A stretch of 31,610 bases of DNA from a virus (lineage: Duplodnaviria; Caudoviricetes), in the IMG/VR virus record IMGVR_UViG_3300036783_000048, positions 1 through 31,610 of that record; one strand, 5' to 3'. This document shows, one piece after another, positions 1-7,516 of the stretch. Below the pieces are notes generated by a model. It was not told the origin of the DNA, did no database searches, and worked only from the letters and a program-made list of their open reading frames with translations. Each line of letters begins with the position of its first letter. Within the stretch, counting starts at the first letter, position 1. The translations under genes were made by a program, and so were the position numbers.

Positions 1-13
1 AGGGGAGTTACTT

Positions 14-29
14 TATAATTCACCGCCAC
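14..29 (+). promoter_or_regulatory. -10 box and GC-rich discriminator of the tRNA promoter
   Basis: TATAAT at 14..19 followed by TCACCGCCAC immediately before the tRNA 5' end; the -35 lies outside the window. Confidence 0.7.
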
Positions 30-105
30 GGCCCCTTAGCTCAGTGGTTAGAGCAGGCGACTCATAATCGCTTGGTCGCTGGTTCAAGTCCAGCAGGGGC
101 CACCA
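30..105 (+). tRNA. ileX: tRNA-Ile2 (CAU anticodon, lysidine type); prophage integration target
   Basis: 76-nt cloverleaf GGCCCCT...AGGGGCC-A-CCA, D arm TAGCTCAGTGGTTAGAGC, anticodon loop CTCATAA (CAT 63..65), T loop GTTCAAGTC; matches my recollection of enterobacterial ileX. Confidence 0.93.
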
Positions 106-124
106 AATTTTAGCTTTAAAATCA
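61..124 (+). repeat. attL (3' half of tRNA plus 19 bp)
   Basis: CTCATAATCGC...GGGGCCACCAAATTTTAGCTTTAAAATCA identical to 30354..30417; identity starts at the first base of the 7-nt anticodon loop. Confidence 0.96.
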
Positions 125-132
125 AATAATTA
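120..132 (+). promoter_or_regulatory. IHF binding site in the att arm
   Basis: AATCAAATAATTA fits the consensus WATCAANNNNTTR exactly and lies between the core and the arm repeats. Confidence 0.7.
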
Positions 133-158
133 AGCCACCTCATTGCAGGTGGCTTTTT
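132..158 (+). terminator. Intrinsic terminator after the tRNA (phage-supplied)
   Basis: AAGCCACCT-cattgc-AGGTGGCTT-TTT, 9-bp stem with U tail; abuts the stop of the convergent 157..510 gene. Confidence 0.8.
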
Positions 159-510
159 AGTTTTCATAGCCCAGTGTCGCAAAAGTGTCGCACGAATCGA
201 AACCAGTTCGCTTTTCCTCTGGACCAGCCCCCCCTAGAAAGTTGTACTTGCGCTCATAAATCTCCATCCAATGTCCGTATGCTGCCTGCCATGCTTCAGG
301 CTCATCAGCAAAGATTGTCTCAGCTATAGGCAACCACTCAATCCCATTTGAGCCGAATTCCAGATAACGTACGTCCCAACCTTCACCGCGTGGCCACAAA
401 ACGTATTTTTGGTCAGGCGTTCCGTTGCTCGGATAAGCGTCGGATTCTTTGAGCTTTTCCCCTTTGGCCATAAAGATAAAAACCGCACCGTTAATTGATA
501 TTTTCCCCAT
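157..510 (-). CDS. Hypothetical protein, 117 aa (MGKISING...), LexA box upstream
   Basis: ORF with GGAGGG SD (518..523) before the ATG at 510; promoter and SOS box upstream; no family recognised. Confidence 0.8.
   Translation of the reverse strand: MGKISINGAVFIFMAKGEKLKESDAYPSNGTPDQKYVLWPRGEGWDVRYLEFGSNGIEWLPIAETIFADEPEAWQAAYGHWMEIYERKYNFLGGAGPEEKRTGFDSCDTFATLGYEN
175..192 (+). repeat. Integrase arm-type site pair, left arm
   Basis: TGTCGCA-AAAG-TGTCGCA; identical 18-mer at 30241..30258 on the other side of the reconstructed attP. Confidence 0.8.
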
Positions 511-533
511 TGCTCGTCCCTCCAAAAAATAAT

Positions 534-558
534 TACTGTTCATGCATACAGTATTATA
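534..558 (-). promoter_or_regulatory. LexA (SOS) box with adjacent -10
   Basis: TA-CTGTTCATGCATACAG-TA (CTG-N10-CAG at 536..551); TATAAT on the minus strand at 553..558. Confidence 0.85.
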
Positions 559-564
559 GTACGC

Positions 565-970
565 AACTTTTTCAGTTTTCCAGTTACTTTCTTCTGGCTT
601 CTGCGCCGCGCCAGCACTGGCTTTAACTAAGAAAGAGTAAACGCCGTCAAAAAATGAAAACGATCCTACCCATACACATAAAATTTATATTTCCCTTATT
701 TATCTGGTTGTTACATCCAACTAACGATCCTTAAGAGATCCATGAAAGTGAAAAACACTGAAATTCTTTTCAATCTTTTCAGTTCTGGTTTTCCGCAAAG
801 CCGCCAGCACTGGCGCGGTCTGGCGGTCTGGTTTGAAGAAAAATAAAACTGAAAAATTTTTATGATCCAAAAACCGCAGGCGGGTGCGGTGTAGTGCGAT
901 TTTGGTCTGTGCATCATTTTTTTGTCCACGCTGTGACGCGCCAGCGCCCTGCTGTGCGCACGATCTGTTT
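565..970. other. Non-coding repeat-rich region, putative cos/packaging site
   Basis: GCCAGCACTGGC x2 (610..621, 803..814), TTTTCAGTT x2 plus an inverted copy, 5 GATC, dyad ACCGCA-GGCGGG-TGCGGT (873..890); lies distal to the tail genes, where I recall cos in HP1-like phages. Confidence 0.5.
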
Positions 971-1088
971 TAAGGATGGCATTGACTGGTTGTTATGGCT
1001 GAACGCGCCAGAGCGCCGCTGGTTGCGTGTGATGATATCCGCTTGTGGGGATAAGAAGAGAGATATCCCCGCCAGGGGATGAAGGCAT

Positions 1089-1111
1089 AAAAAAACCCGC
1101 TTGCGCGGGTT
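1089..1111 (-). terminator. Intrinsic terminator ending the head-tail late operon
   Basis: Minus strand AACCCGC-GCAA-GCGGGTT-TTTTT, 15 bp after the stop of 1127..2803. Confidence 0.85.
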
Positions 1112-1126
1112 ATGTTCTGGACAGGT

Positions 1127-2803
1127 TTACTTGCCAATCACCGGGGAGTATTTGCCGTTCAGCGTGTCCGCTTTCGCACCTGTGTTACGGATGGCTCCCG
1201 CGTTGGTCGGTGCTCCCGTATTGCTGTGCGTGTGGCTTGCCGTTTGCTCTGCCAGCTCTTTCACCACGTCGAGCGTGTCCAGCATCAGCTGTGCCACGTT
1301 GATTGTGCCAGAGCCAATCCACACCACGGGGGCGATAATCTGCTGCTGTGCGGCCGCCACGCTTTTACGTATCTGCCCAATTTTCTCGATCAGGTCTTTA
1401 CCCGTTGTGACCGTCTGGCTCCCGGCTATGTCCGTTTCATCATTGCCGCCGATGCTTACCACGCGGTTATTTACTGCCTGGCTGTAATCACCCGTGCACA
1501 CCTGCTGAATGGCTCCGGCCAGCAGTGTGGACGTACCCAGCACGGTAAGTTTATCCGTAGCCTTAACCGTCGTTTCCCGGCTGACCAGCTCCCGCTGTTC
1601 CGAATCGGCCTTAACCAGCCGCGCCATCGATGTTTCGCTGATCGCCTGGTCTGTCTGCCGCACCCAGTCACCCGCCCGGGTAACGCGCTGCGACACTTCC
1701 GCACGCTGCTGCTGCAGCTGTTCGCCAGGCTGGATATCCGGAAGGCTCGTTCCGTCCGGCACGGTCTGCCGCACAAAAGGTTTATCCGGCCGTCCACCTG
1801 TAAAGGCAATTTCGACCAGCGTCCCTTCAGGCGGAAACTGAAACATCCCCGAATCATTACCCGCCATAGGAACCGGCAGCGGCACAGCTGAGTAAACAGG
1901 CGTGTCCTTATCCGGATTGCCGTCCGCGTCCAGCAGCTGCACGTCAACCGCATAGCGAGGGCGGAACGGATCGGAGAAATTGCCGCTTTTCACTGCCTCA
2001 ACGGGATTCATCACGCGGCCAAACTTGGGCAAATGCATCCCGGATGCCAGCTCCGGATAATGGCTTTCAATCTGGCGCTGAACGGGCGTTTTTTGCAGTG
2101 CCTTACCCGTGGCACGGTTGCGGGGTGTCCAGGTAACGGCCATCGTGTCATTTTGCAGGTGGACTTTTGTCACCCTCTCCCCGTTCAGCTCCACGCCGGG
2201 GCGCAGACTCTGTACCAGGGGAAGCGTCACTGAGTTCCCCCCGGCCGTCCCCTGATTAAATTCATGGGGGATCTCAATCGGGCGATCTGCAAACAGGGAT
2301 TTTTCCGCGCCGCCTACATATACCGCCCCGTCCGGCAGCTGATACCAGACGTAATCCGTGATACCGAATGCCTTTCCCAGATTATCCAGCATCTGATAAC
2401 CCGTACCGCTATGGGTGAAGTGTGGGATCGGGCGGTCTGAGTAATCGGCATCCGGCACGCTGAAGGTCAACCCGCTGTGTTCTGTCAGCCAGCTGGCCAC
2501 ATCGCGCAGCGTGGGGTGCTGGAAGGAACATGGCCAGGGGCGTTCGAATACGCCGACCAGCTCACGAACAAACAGGCGCTGAAAGCCGTTTTCAGCAGGT
2601 TGCGAGCGTTCCACATATCCGGTAAACCAGCGCAACACCAGATCGGTATAACCCACATCGAGACGCACCAGTTTCCCCGTATAATCCTGCGTGGTTCCGG
2701 CAGTAATAAATCCCCGGCCGCAGCTGTTCAGCTCCAGCACCAGGCTGGCATCAGCCAGGTGAACTTCATCCGTTGAAAGGTACAGGCGTTTAATCGGCTT
2801 CAT
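1127..2803 (-). CDS. Baseplate hub-spike protein, 558 aa (HP1 orf35-like)
   Basis: Last tail gene; OB-fold-like motif GMFQFPPEGTLVEIAFTGGRPDKPFV, beta-rich repeats and C-terminal HTH (HxH) motif typical of gpV-type spikes. Confidence 0.75.
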   Translation of the reverse strand: MKPIKRLYLSTDEVHLADASLVLELNSCGRGFITAGTTQDYTGKLVRLDVGYTDLVLRWFTGYVERSQPAENGFQRLFVRELVGVFERPWPCSFQHPTLRDVASWLTEHSGLTFSVPDADYSDRPIPHFTHSGTGYQMLDNLGKAFGITDYVWYQLPDGAVYVGGAEKSLFADRPIEIPHEFNQGTAGGNSVTLPLVQSLRPGVELNGERVTKVHLQNDTMAVTWTPRNRATGKALQKTPVQRQIESHYPELASGMHLPKFGRVMNPVEAVKSGNFSDPFRPRYAVDVQLLDADGNPDKDTPVYSAVPLPVPMAGNDSGMFQFPPEGTLVEIAFTGGRPDKPFVRQTVPDGTSLPDIQPGEQLQQQRAEVSQRVTRAGDWVRQTDQAISETSMARLVKADSEQRELVSRETTVKATDKLTVLGTSTLLAGAIQQVCTGDYSQAVNNRVVSIGGNDETDIAGSQTVTTGKDLIEKIGQIRKSVAAAQQQIIAPVVWIGSGTINVAQLMLDTLDVVKELAEQTASHTHSNTGAPTNAGAIRNTGAKADTLNGKYSPVIGK

Positions 2804-2805
2804 TT

Positions 2806-3354
2806 TTATCCCAGTGCATCATTCACGGGCTTGAGCACCTTACGTTCAAACCACGTCAGTTTTTCTTCATCCTCGCCAGCTGCCTGGCCACCGTTCTGGC
2901 CGCCGCCACTTCCCGCCGTTTGCTTCACGGCTTGGGTTTTGCCGCTTGCCCTGGCCTCACGCTTTTCCTGCACGCTGATATGTTCGGCCAGCGTGAACGT
3001 CACAAGCCAGGACATGCGCCCGTCCTGCGGCGGTGCGTCCAGGGTTCCGGTGAAAGTCGCCTCACGAAAATTCACAGCCCGCGCCGCCTCATGCGCAACG
3101 CGGTATTTCTGGCGCTGGCCGCTGGCATCCGTAGCGCTGCCCAGTTCGAAAATACGCCGCAGGATCTCCGGATTTTTATAAGGAATTTCGCCGGATACGC
3201 GCAGCTCCTTGCCTTTAATGCCCTGCTCAGATTTCGTGGTTGCACTCGTCTGGCCGGACTGGTCTTTGTCCTGGAATTGCTGCGATACGGTCACGCGCAT
3301 GTTCTTCAGCAGAATGGCTTCACCGTTAAGCGCCAGTGTCGGGTTCGAGGTCAT
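2806..3354 (-). CDS. Tail/baseplate protein, 182 aa (HP1 orf34-like)
   Basis: Tightly coupled ORF in the tail operon; assignment by synteny. Confidence 0.65.
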   Translation of the reverse strand: MTSNPTLALNGEAILLKNMRVTVSQQFQDKDQSGQTSATTKSEQGIKGKELRVSGEIPYKNPEILRRIFELGSATDASGQRQKYRVAHEAARAVNFREATFTGTLDAPPQDGRMSWLVTFTLAEHISVQEKREARASGKTQAVKQTAGSGGGQNGGQAAGEDEEKLTWFERKVLKPVNDALG

Positions 3355-4051
3355 GTATCATTCCTTTTATGCCGTCGAGATTATCGCCAACCAGCATCAT
3401 GGCGGCGGTGTATACAGAGGACTGAAGCGGAATCCCTTTTACCAGCTCCAGTAGCGTGGACGGCAGATCGCCGCTGGCGGTAAACACCCACGCCCTGGCG
3501 CTTTTTCCCTGCAGTTCCGTCAAGCCTCTGGCAATGTCGGAAATCAGGCTTTCACGCTGCTGTTTAAAATCCCCCATCAGTTTCTTCACTGCTGACAGGT
3601 CAACAGCGGCGGCGGCTTCCTGCTGCGCCTTTTTAACCGCAGCAGCCGCAAGGGCTGAACGGCTCGTGGGCACGGAAAGCGGGATCGCTGCTGGCAACCC
3701 CTGACTGAATTGCGCCGGAATTTGCATCTTCTCTGCTGCCAGCTGCGCGGCGGACTGTGCCAGCCTCTGCACCTGAGTAAATGCCGGGCTGGGGAATACT
3801 TCCACAAGCTTGTTCAGGCTGGCCATAAAACTGTCATGGGTCTGGCCAGAAACCATCATGATCACGATATCCGCAGCACCGCCCGTTCCAGCCAGCTTTT
3901 TAGCCAGGTAATTAATCGCGTTAACCGGGCTGAGATAGGCACCGTTTTCTGTCTGTTGTCCAACCCCGTACACCCAGGGGTGTACCGGGATAACGGAACA
4001 ATTCAGTGAAGCAACCGAATCACTGAATGCAATCCGTGCTTCACGCCACAT
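3326..4051 (-). CDS. Tail-associated protein, 241 aa (HP1 orf33-like)
   Basis: ORF starting MWREARI overlapping the upstream stop region; synteny; a decayed homologous fragment exists at 30674..30803. Confidence 0.7.
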   Translation of the reverse strand: MWREARIAFSDSVASLNCSVIPVHPWVYGVGQQTENGAYLSPVNAINYLAKKLAGTGGAADIVIMMVSGQTHDSFMASLNKLVEVFPSPAFTQVQRLAQSAAQLAAEKMQIPAQFSQGLPAAIPLSVPTSRSALAAAAVKKAQQEAAAAVDLSAVKKLMGDFKQQRESLISDIARGLTELQGKSARAWVFTASGDLPSTLLELVKGIPLQSSVYTAAMMLVGDNLDGIKGMIHDLEPDTGA

Positions 4052-4574
4052 TATCAGGCACCTCAGGCCATTCAATGTCCGGCGCTGCGGTAGTGTCTAC
4101 CCGGTTTAACAGCACGCGGTATGTCTTCCATACAGGTAAAAGCGCACTTTCATCTGCTGTCGCCATGCCCAAATCTACAGAGTCCTGCAGAGTGGAAATT
4201 GCCGTGGTTGCGGCATTCATAAGGCGCGTTTTCTGGGCTTGCGCTCTGGTTTCAATTTCGGCGCGGCTCAATTCTCGCGGAGTGATTTTTTTGCCATCAA
4301 ACATCCATTCACCTGCACCAACATCGAAACCATCTGGCACCTTTTTGTTTTCAATCTCTGCCACAGAACAATCAACAGGCCAAAGCCGTGATGCGTCAGT
4401 TTCGGCGCAACAAATCACGCCGCAGGAATCAAACATTATCTTGAGAGAGTTCTCACTAAATTCCTTTTGTGCTTCATACCAGTCCAGACCATCCGCAGAT
4501 AGCAGAAATAAAACATTTCCCGGAATGTCATCTGACTCAGGTAAATAAGGAGTGAAATTTTTGAATATTTTCAT
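4041..4574 (-). CDS. Tail fibre assembly chaperone (Tfa family), 177 aa
   Basis: Motifs DG.DWYEAQK.F and LQDSVDLGMAT..E...L..WKTYRVLLNRVDT..APDIEWPE.P; ATGA overlap with the fibre stop. Confidence 0.9.
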   Translation of the reverse strand: MKIFKNFTPYLPESDDIPGNVLFLLSADGLDWYEAQKEFSENSLKIMFDSCGVICCAETDASRLWPVDCSVAEIENKKVPDGFDVGAGEWMFDGKKITPRELSRAEIETRAQAQKTRLMNAATTAISTLQDSVDLGMATADESALLPVWKTYRVLLNRVDTTAAPDIEWPEVPDNVA

Positions 4575-6919
4575 GACTGAGCCACCGTATACCACGTTCC
4601 GTTAACCTGTTTTTGCAATGGACGCATCACAATATAATCGCCATCACCATCGACCTGTCCCTCAATCTGAAGTCCCGTTATAACGTTGCCTGAAACTTCA
4701 TACATTCTTCCCCTGGCCATTACTTGATAACTTCGCGCTCCCAGGCGGAAATCCTGAAGATATCGCGCGTTGCTCTCTGCTTTTGTATAAGCCTGCCCAG
4801 CTGGGGTATAGCTTCCCTTAGGCTGAAAACGTCCGTCACTTTCAGCTTTTGTATAGGCCTGTCCTGCCGGGGTGTAACTCCCTTTTGGCTGAAAACGTCC
4901 GTCGCTCTCGGCTTTGGTATAAGCGCCAGTCTTTGCCATATACCCGTTATCAGATTGCGCCTTGGTGTAATAACGCGCATCAAAATTGGCATAATTACCC
5001 GCAATTATCTGACCCGGCGCAGTAAAATTGCCGTTGGTATCCCATTTGTAGTTAATATCCCCGCTGCCGCTCCCCTTCATATGCAGATGCCAGGAAAGTG
5101 CGCCATCACTGACCAGTGACCCCATTGAAAAAGCCCAGGCGTTTTTCCCCGTAATGGTTGCCTGTTGTTTAATTGCCGGATGGTATTCACTCGCGCCAGT
5201 TGTTGAATATGAATTAAAAAATGGCGCTTTCGTAGAATACTGATTAGCCCAGCCAAATATCCCGCTGTAACCTGCAGTAATCTCCTTTGATGCGGAAATT
5301 GTGTTACTTACATTCAGTGGCGAATCAGATTGAAGCGCACCAGTTTCAAGGCTGACACGTAAGGGACGAAGCGCGTTAAAGCCTCCGTAAGCATCGCCTT
5401 TCCCGGTCAGCATGAGATAAAGATTAGCGCCATCATTACGCCAGAACGTACCGTAATCACCGTAAGCAATACGAAAACTATTAGCGGACGCCGCCTGGAT
5501 TTCTCCATTAACCTTTAACGGGCCGGTCATGGTATCGCCGCCTTTATTCACTGCGCCAATATCATCCGGAGACGGTTTATTTGCCGCATCGTACTGCTTA
5601 GTCCAGGCTGACCACGTCCCGCCGTAAAGTGTCCTGATGTATGCGCGGGAACTGTTATAGACACGGTAAATTTGAGTGATACCCGCGTGCTTATAGATTT
5701 CCAGCGAACCAGCGTTTGCCTCTGGATAGTTACTCCCGGTTTGAGCCTGTGCGTTCGCTGGCTGGTAATACAGCCCCGGCGTGGTGAAGGCGTTCAGGTC
5801 TGCGGCATTGCCGATCCCGACAGCCTGACCGTTAAAAATATCCTGCGAGCTAATATTAAAATCATCAGTCAGTACGTGACCATTAATCTTGCGCCCTGAC
5901 GGCACACGCCCGTTTGCATTGTCATTTGCAGCCTTAACCGCTTTCGGTGTGGCCGCAAGCGTCTCTGAAACGCTATCCAGGGCGCTGCTGAGTTGCGTAA
6001 AGCCTTTGGCCGCCGTGGTTGCATCCGGATGATTGCGTGATTGCTCATGCTTTTTCAGCGCATCATTGGCGGCCTGTTCGTTAAGCGTACCTTTTGGGCG
6101 CAGATCGGTAATGTTGCCGTTTGCATCGATACTGGCCACGGCAAAAACATAGTGCTGCACGCCATTTTGAACGTAGTCAGCAAGGTTAGCCGCAACCGTA
6201 ATTTTGCTGGCCACGCCCCAGGCACTCGTCAGGGTTCCCGTCCATGCCACATCCAGCCACACGTTTACAGGTTTATCGGCAACCGTAATATTCTGGTTAG
6301 CGGCCAGCTGCGCGCGCAAGCCGCGAACATATCCCGATCCGGCCGTCACAAAATATTGCGAGCCGCTTTTTGCGACAAGATAGCCATTCCCCAGGAAAGC
6401 CGCCGCGCCGTAAAGGTCAATATTCTCCAGGCGCTGGCGTTCATCCATCCCGGCCATACGGGCGGTGAAGTCAATCTGCCAGGTTTCCGCTGGCGTGTTG
6501 ATTCCGGTTTCAGCCTGTGCGCCGTTGTACTCCATCAAAAACGAACGGGTGAGCACATTACCCTGCTGGCCATCTTTCGTTTTCAGCTTCTGCTGTAGCG
6601 GCGCATGAACAATCATGGCCAGCGTGTTGCTCGCCTTGTTAATCAGTCCAATCCAGTTAAACGAAAAATCCCCCACTTCCGCGCCCAGTACAGCGGAGTG
6701 AACCACGGCGTTTTCATTCACCACGCCTTTACGGCTGACGGTCTGGCGGTGAACGATTTGGGCTGCAGGTGGCAGTGCTTCATTGCGGTCAACAGGCTTA
6801 GTGGCATCCAGCCCCGGCACGTTGGCAAAAACAAATTCATCCAGCAGAACGGGTTCACCCGTTACCGCCTGGCTGGCTTTCCACTGTTCAAAGGCCAGTG
6901 TGATAGCTGTCTGTGACAT
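4571..6919 (-). CDS. Tail fibre protein, 782 aa
   Basis: N-terminal baseplate-attachment domain (VGDFSFNWIGL), HPDATTAAKGFTQLSSA fibre repeat, gp37/Stf-like segment, C-terminal RPLQKQVNGTWYTV tip; followed by Tfa. Confidence 0.93.
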   Translation of the reverse strand: MSQTAITLAFEQWKASQAVTGEPVLLDEFVFANVPGLDATKPVDRNEALPPAAQIVHRQTVSRKGVVNENAVVHSAVLGAEVGDFSFNWIGLINKASNTLAMIVHAPLQQKLKTKDGQQGNVLTRSFLMEYNGAQAETGINTPAETWQIDFTARMAGMDERQRLENIDLYGAAAFLGNGYLVAKSGSQYFVTAGSGYVRGLRAQLAANQNITVADKPVNVWLDVAWTGTLTSAWGVASKITVAANLADYVQNGVQHYVFAVASIDANGNITDLRPKGTLNEQAANDALKKHEQSRNHPDATTAAKGFTQLSSALDSVSETLAATPKAVKAANDNANGRVPSGRKINGHVLTDDFNISSQDIFNGQAVGIGNAADLNAFTTPGLYYQPANAQAQTGSNYPEANAGSLEIYKHAGITQIYRVYNSSRAYIRTLYGGTWSAWTKQYDAANKPSPDDIGAVNKGGDTMTGPLKVNGEIQAASANSFRIAYGDYGTFWRNDGANLYLMLTGKGDAYGGFNALRPLRVSLETGALQSDSPLNVSNTISASKEITAGYSGIFGWANQYSTKAPFFNSYSTTGASEYHPAIKQQATITGKNAWAFSMGSLVSDGALSWHLHMKGSGSGDINYKWDTNGNFTAPGQIIAGNYANFDARYYTKAQSDNGYMAKTGAYTKAESDGRFQPKGSYTPAGQAYTKAESDGRFQPKGSYTPAGQAYTKAESNARYLQDFRLGARSYQVMARGRMYEVSGNVITGLQIEGQVDGDGDYIVMRPLQKQVNGTWYTVAQS
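4772..4924 (-). repeat. 66-bp tandem coding repeat (AYTKAESDGRFQPKGSYTPAGQ x2 plus AYTKAES) in the fibre
   Basis: Units 4859..4924 and 4793..4858, partial unit 4772..4792. Confidence 0.95.
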
Positions 6920-6928
6920 AAATTCTCC

Positions 6929-7516
6929 CTATAAACTCGCGCTAAACGTTGCGCCGCTGGCTTCCGCGCTGCTCAGGCGAGCCGGATAAACCACGTATTC
7001 CCCCTGATCCCATCCCGCCCGGATAGCCAGGCTTTCAGACGTGATCACTTCGAACTGATAACGGCGGCAGGTTCGCCCGTACTGCCGAATTATCTGTATC
7101 ATCAGCTGCGTGTTGTCTGCGATCTGGCTGTCCGTGACGCGCACCATGATCACATCCCAGTCAATGCCCGGCTGGCGTTCAACCAGCTCCACGTAACCAA
7201 TGCCCAGCCGTGCAAAAATATTAATAAACCCCTCAACGGAACCCGCATCACGCGCATTGATGAAGGCATAGGCCACGCGCTTGCGGTACAGGCTCAGCGG
7301 TTCGCCACTGAAGCGGCTTATGTCACGGTCATAGGCGATTAAATTGAGTACCGGCTCAATGCATGTCAGCGGATCAAACTGCCGCAATGGCCACGTAATC
7401 CAGCTGTACACCTCAGCCCAGAACGTCCGCGCCGTACGCAATAAGGCCAGTGGCTCGCCTTTATTCATCCAGGACGGCAGCGCCATACTGGCCAGCTTTT
7501 TGAGAAAATCAGTCAT
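6929..7516 (-). CDS. Baseplate/tail protein, gpI-like, 195 aa
   Basis: Between baseplate J and the fibre; DPLTC...L.L.A.DR and AGSVEGF..IF.RLG motifs. Confidence 0.8.
   Translation of the reverse strand: MTDFLKKLASMALPSWMNKGEPLALLRTARTFWAEVYSWITWPLRQFDPLTCIEPVLNLIAYDRDISRFSGEPLSLYRKRVAYAFINARDAGSVEGFINIFARLGIGYVELVERQPGIDWDVIMVRVTDSQIADNTQLMIQIIRQYGRTCRRYQFEVITSESLAIRAGWDQGEYVVYPARLSSAEASGATFSASL

Noticed and set aside
30-105. Calling the CAT-anticodon tRNA tRNA-Met
   Set aside because: The GGCCCCT acceptor stem and body match ileX-type tRNA-Ile2 as I recall it, not initiator or elongator Met
511-543. Longer upstream starts in the ORF track (543, 4075, 4595, 9037, 16173, 18177, 22013, 22552, 26449, 28524, 28554, 31054)
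   Set aside because: They fall in promoters, SOS boxes or upstream genes; downstream starts have SD sequences, stop-start coupling or family-typical N-termini
565-970. CRISPR-like array
   Set aside because: Repeats are 9-12 bp, of several kinds, irregularly spaced and partly inverted; no cas genes
711-1082. ORFs 711..929 (-) and 894..1082 (+)
   Set aside because: No convincing SD or protein-like features; they run across DNA repeats best read as cis-acting sites
1112-1891. 259-aa + strand ORF and the many other antisense ORFs over the late genes
   Set aside because: Shadows of GC-rich genes on the opposite strand, with no SD or motif support
4041-6919. Invertible fibre cassette or diversity-generating retroelement
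   Set aside because: No invertase, reverse transcriptase or second fibre tip; the 66-bp repeat differences are synonymous and not adenine-specific
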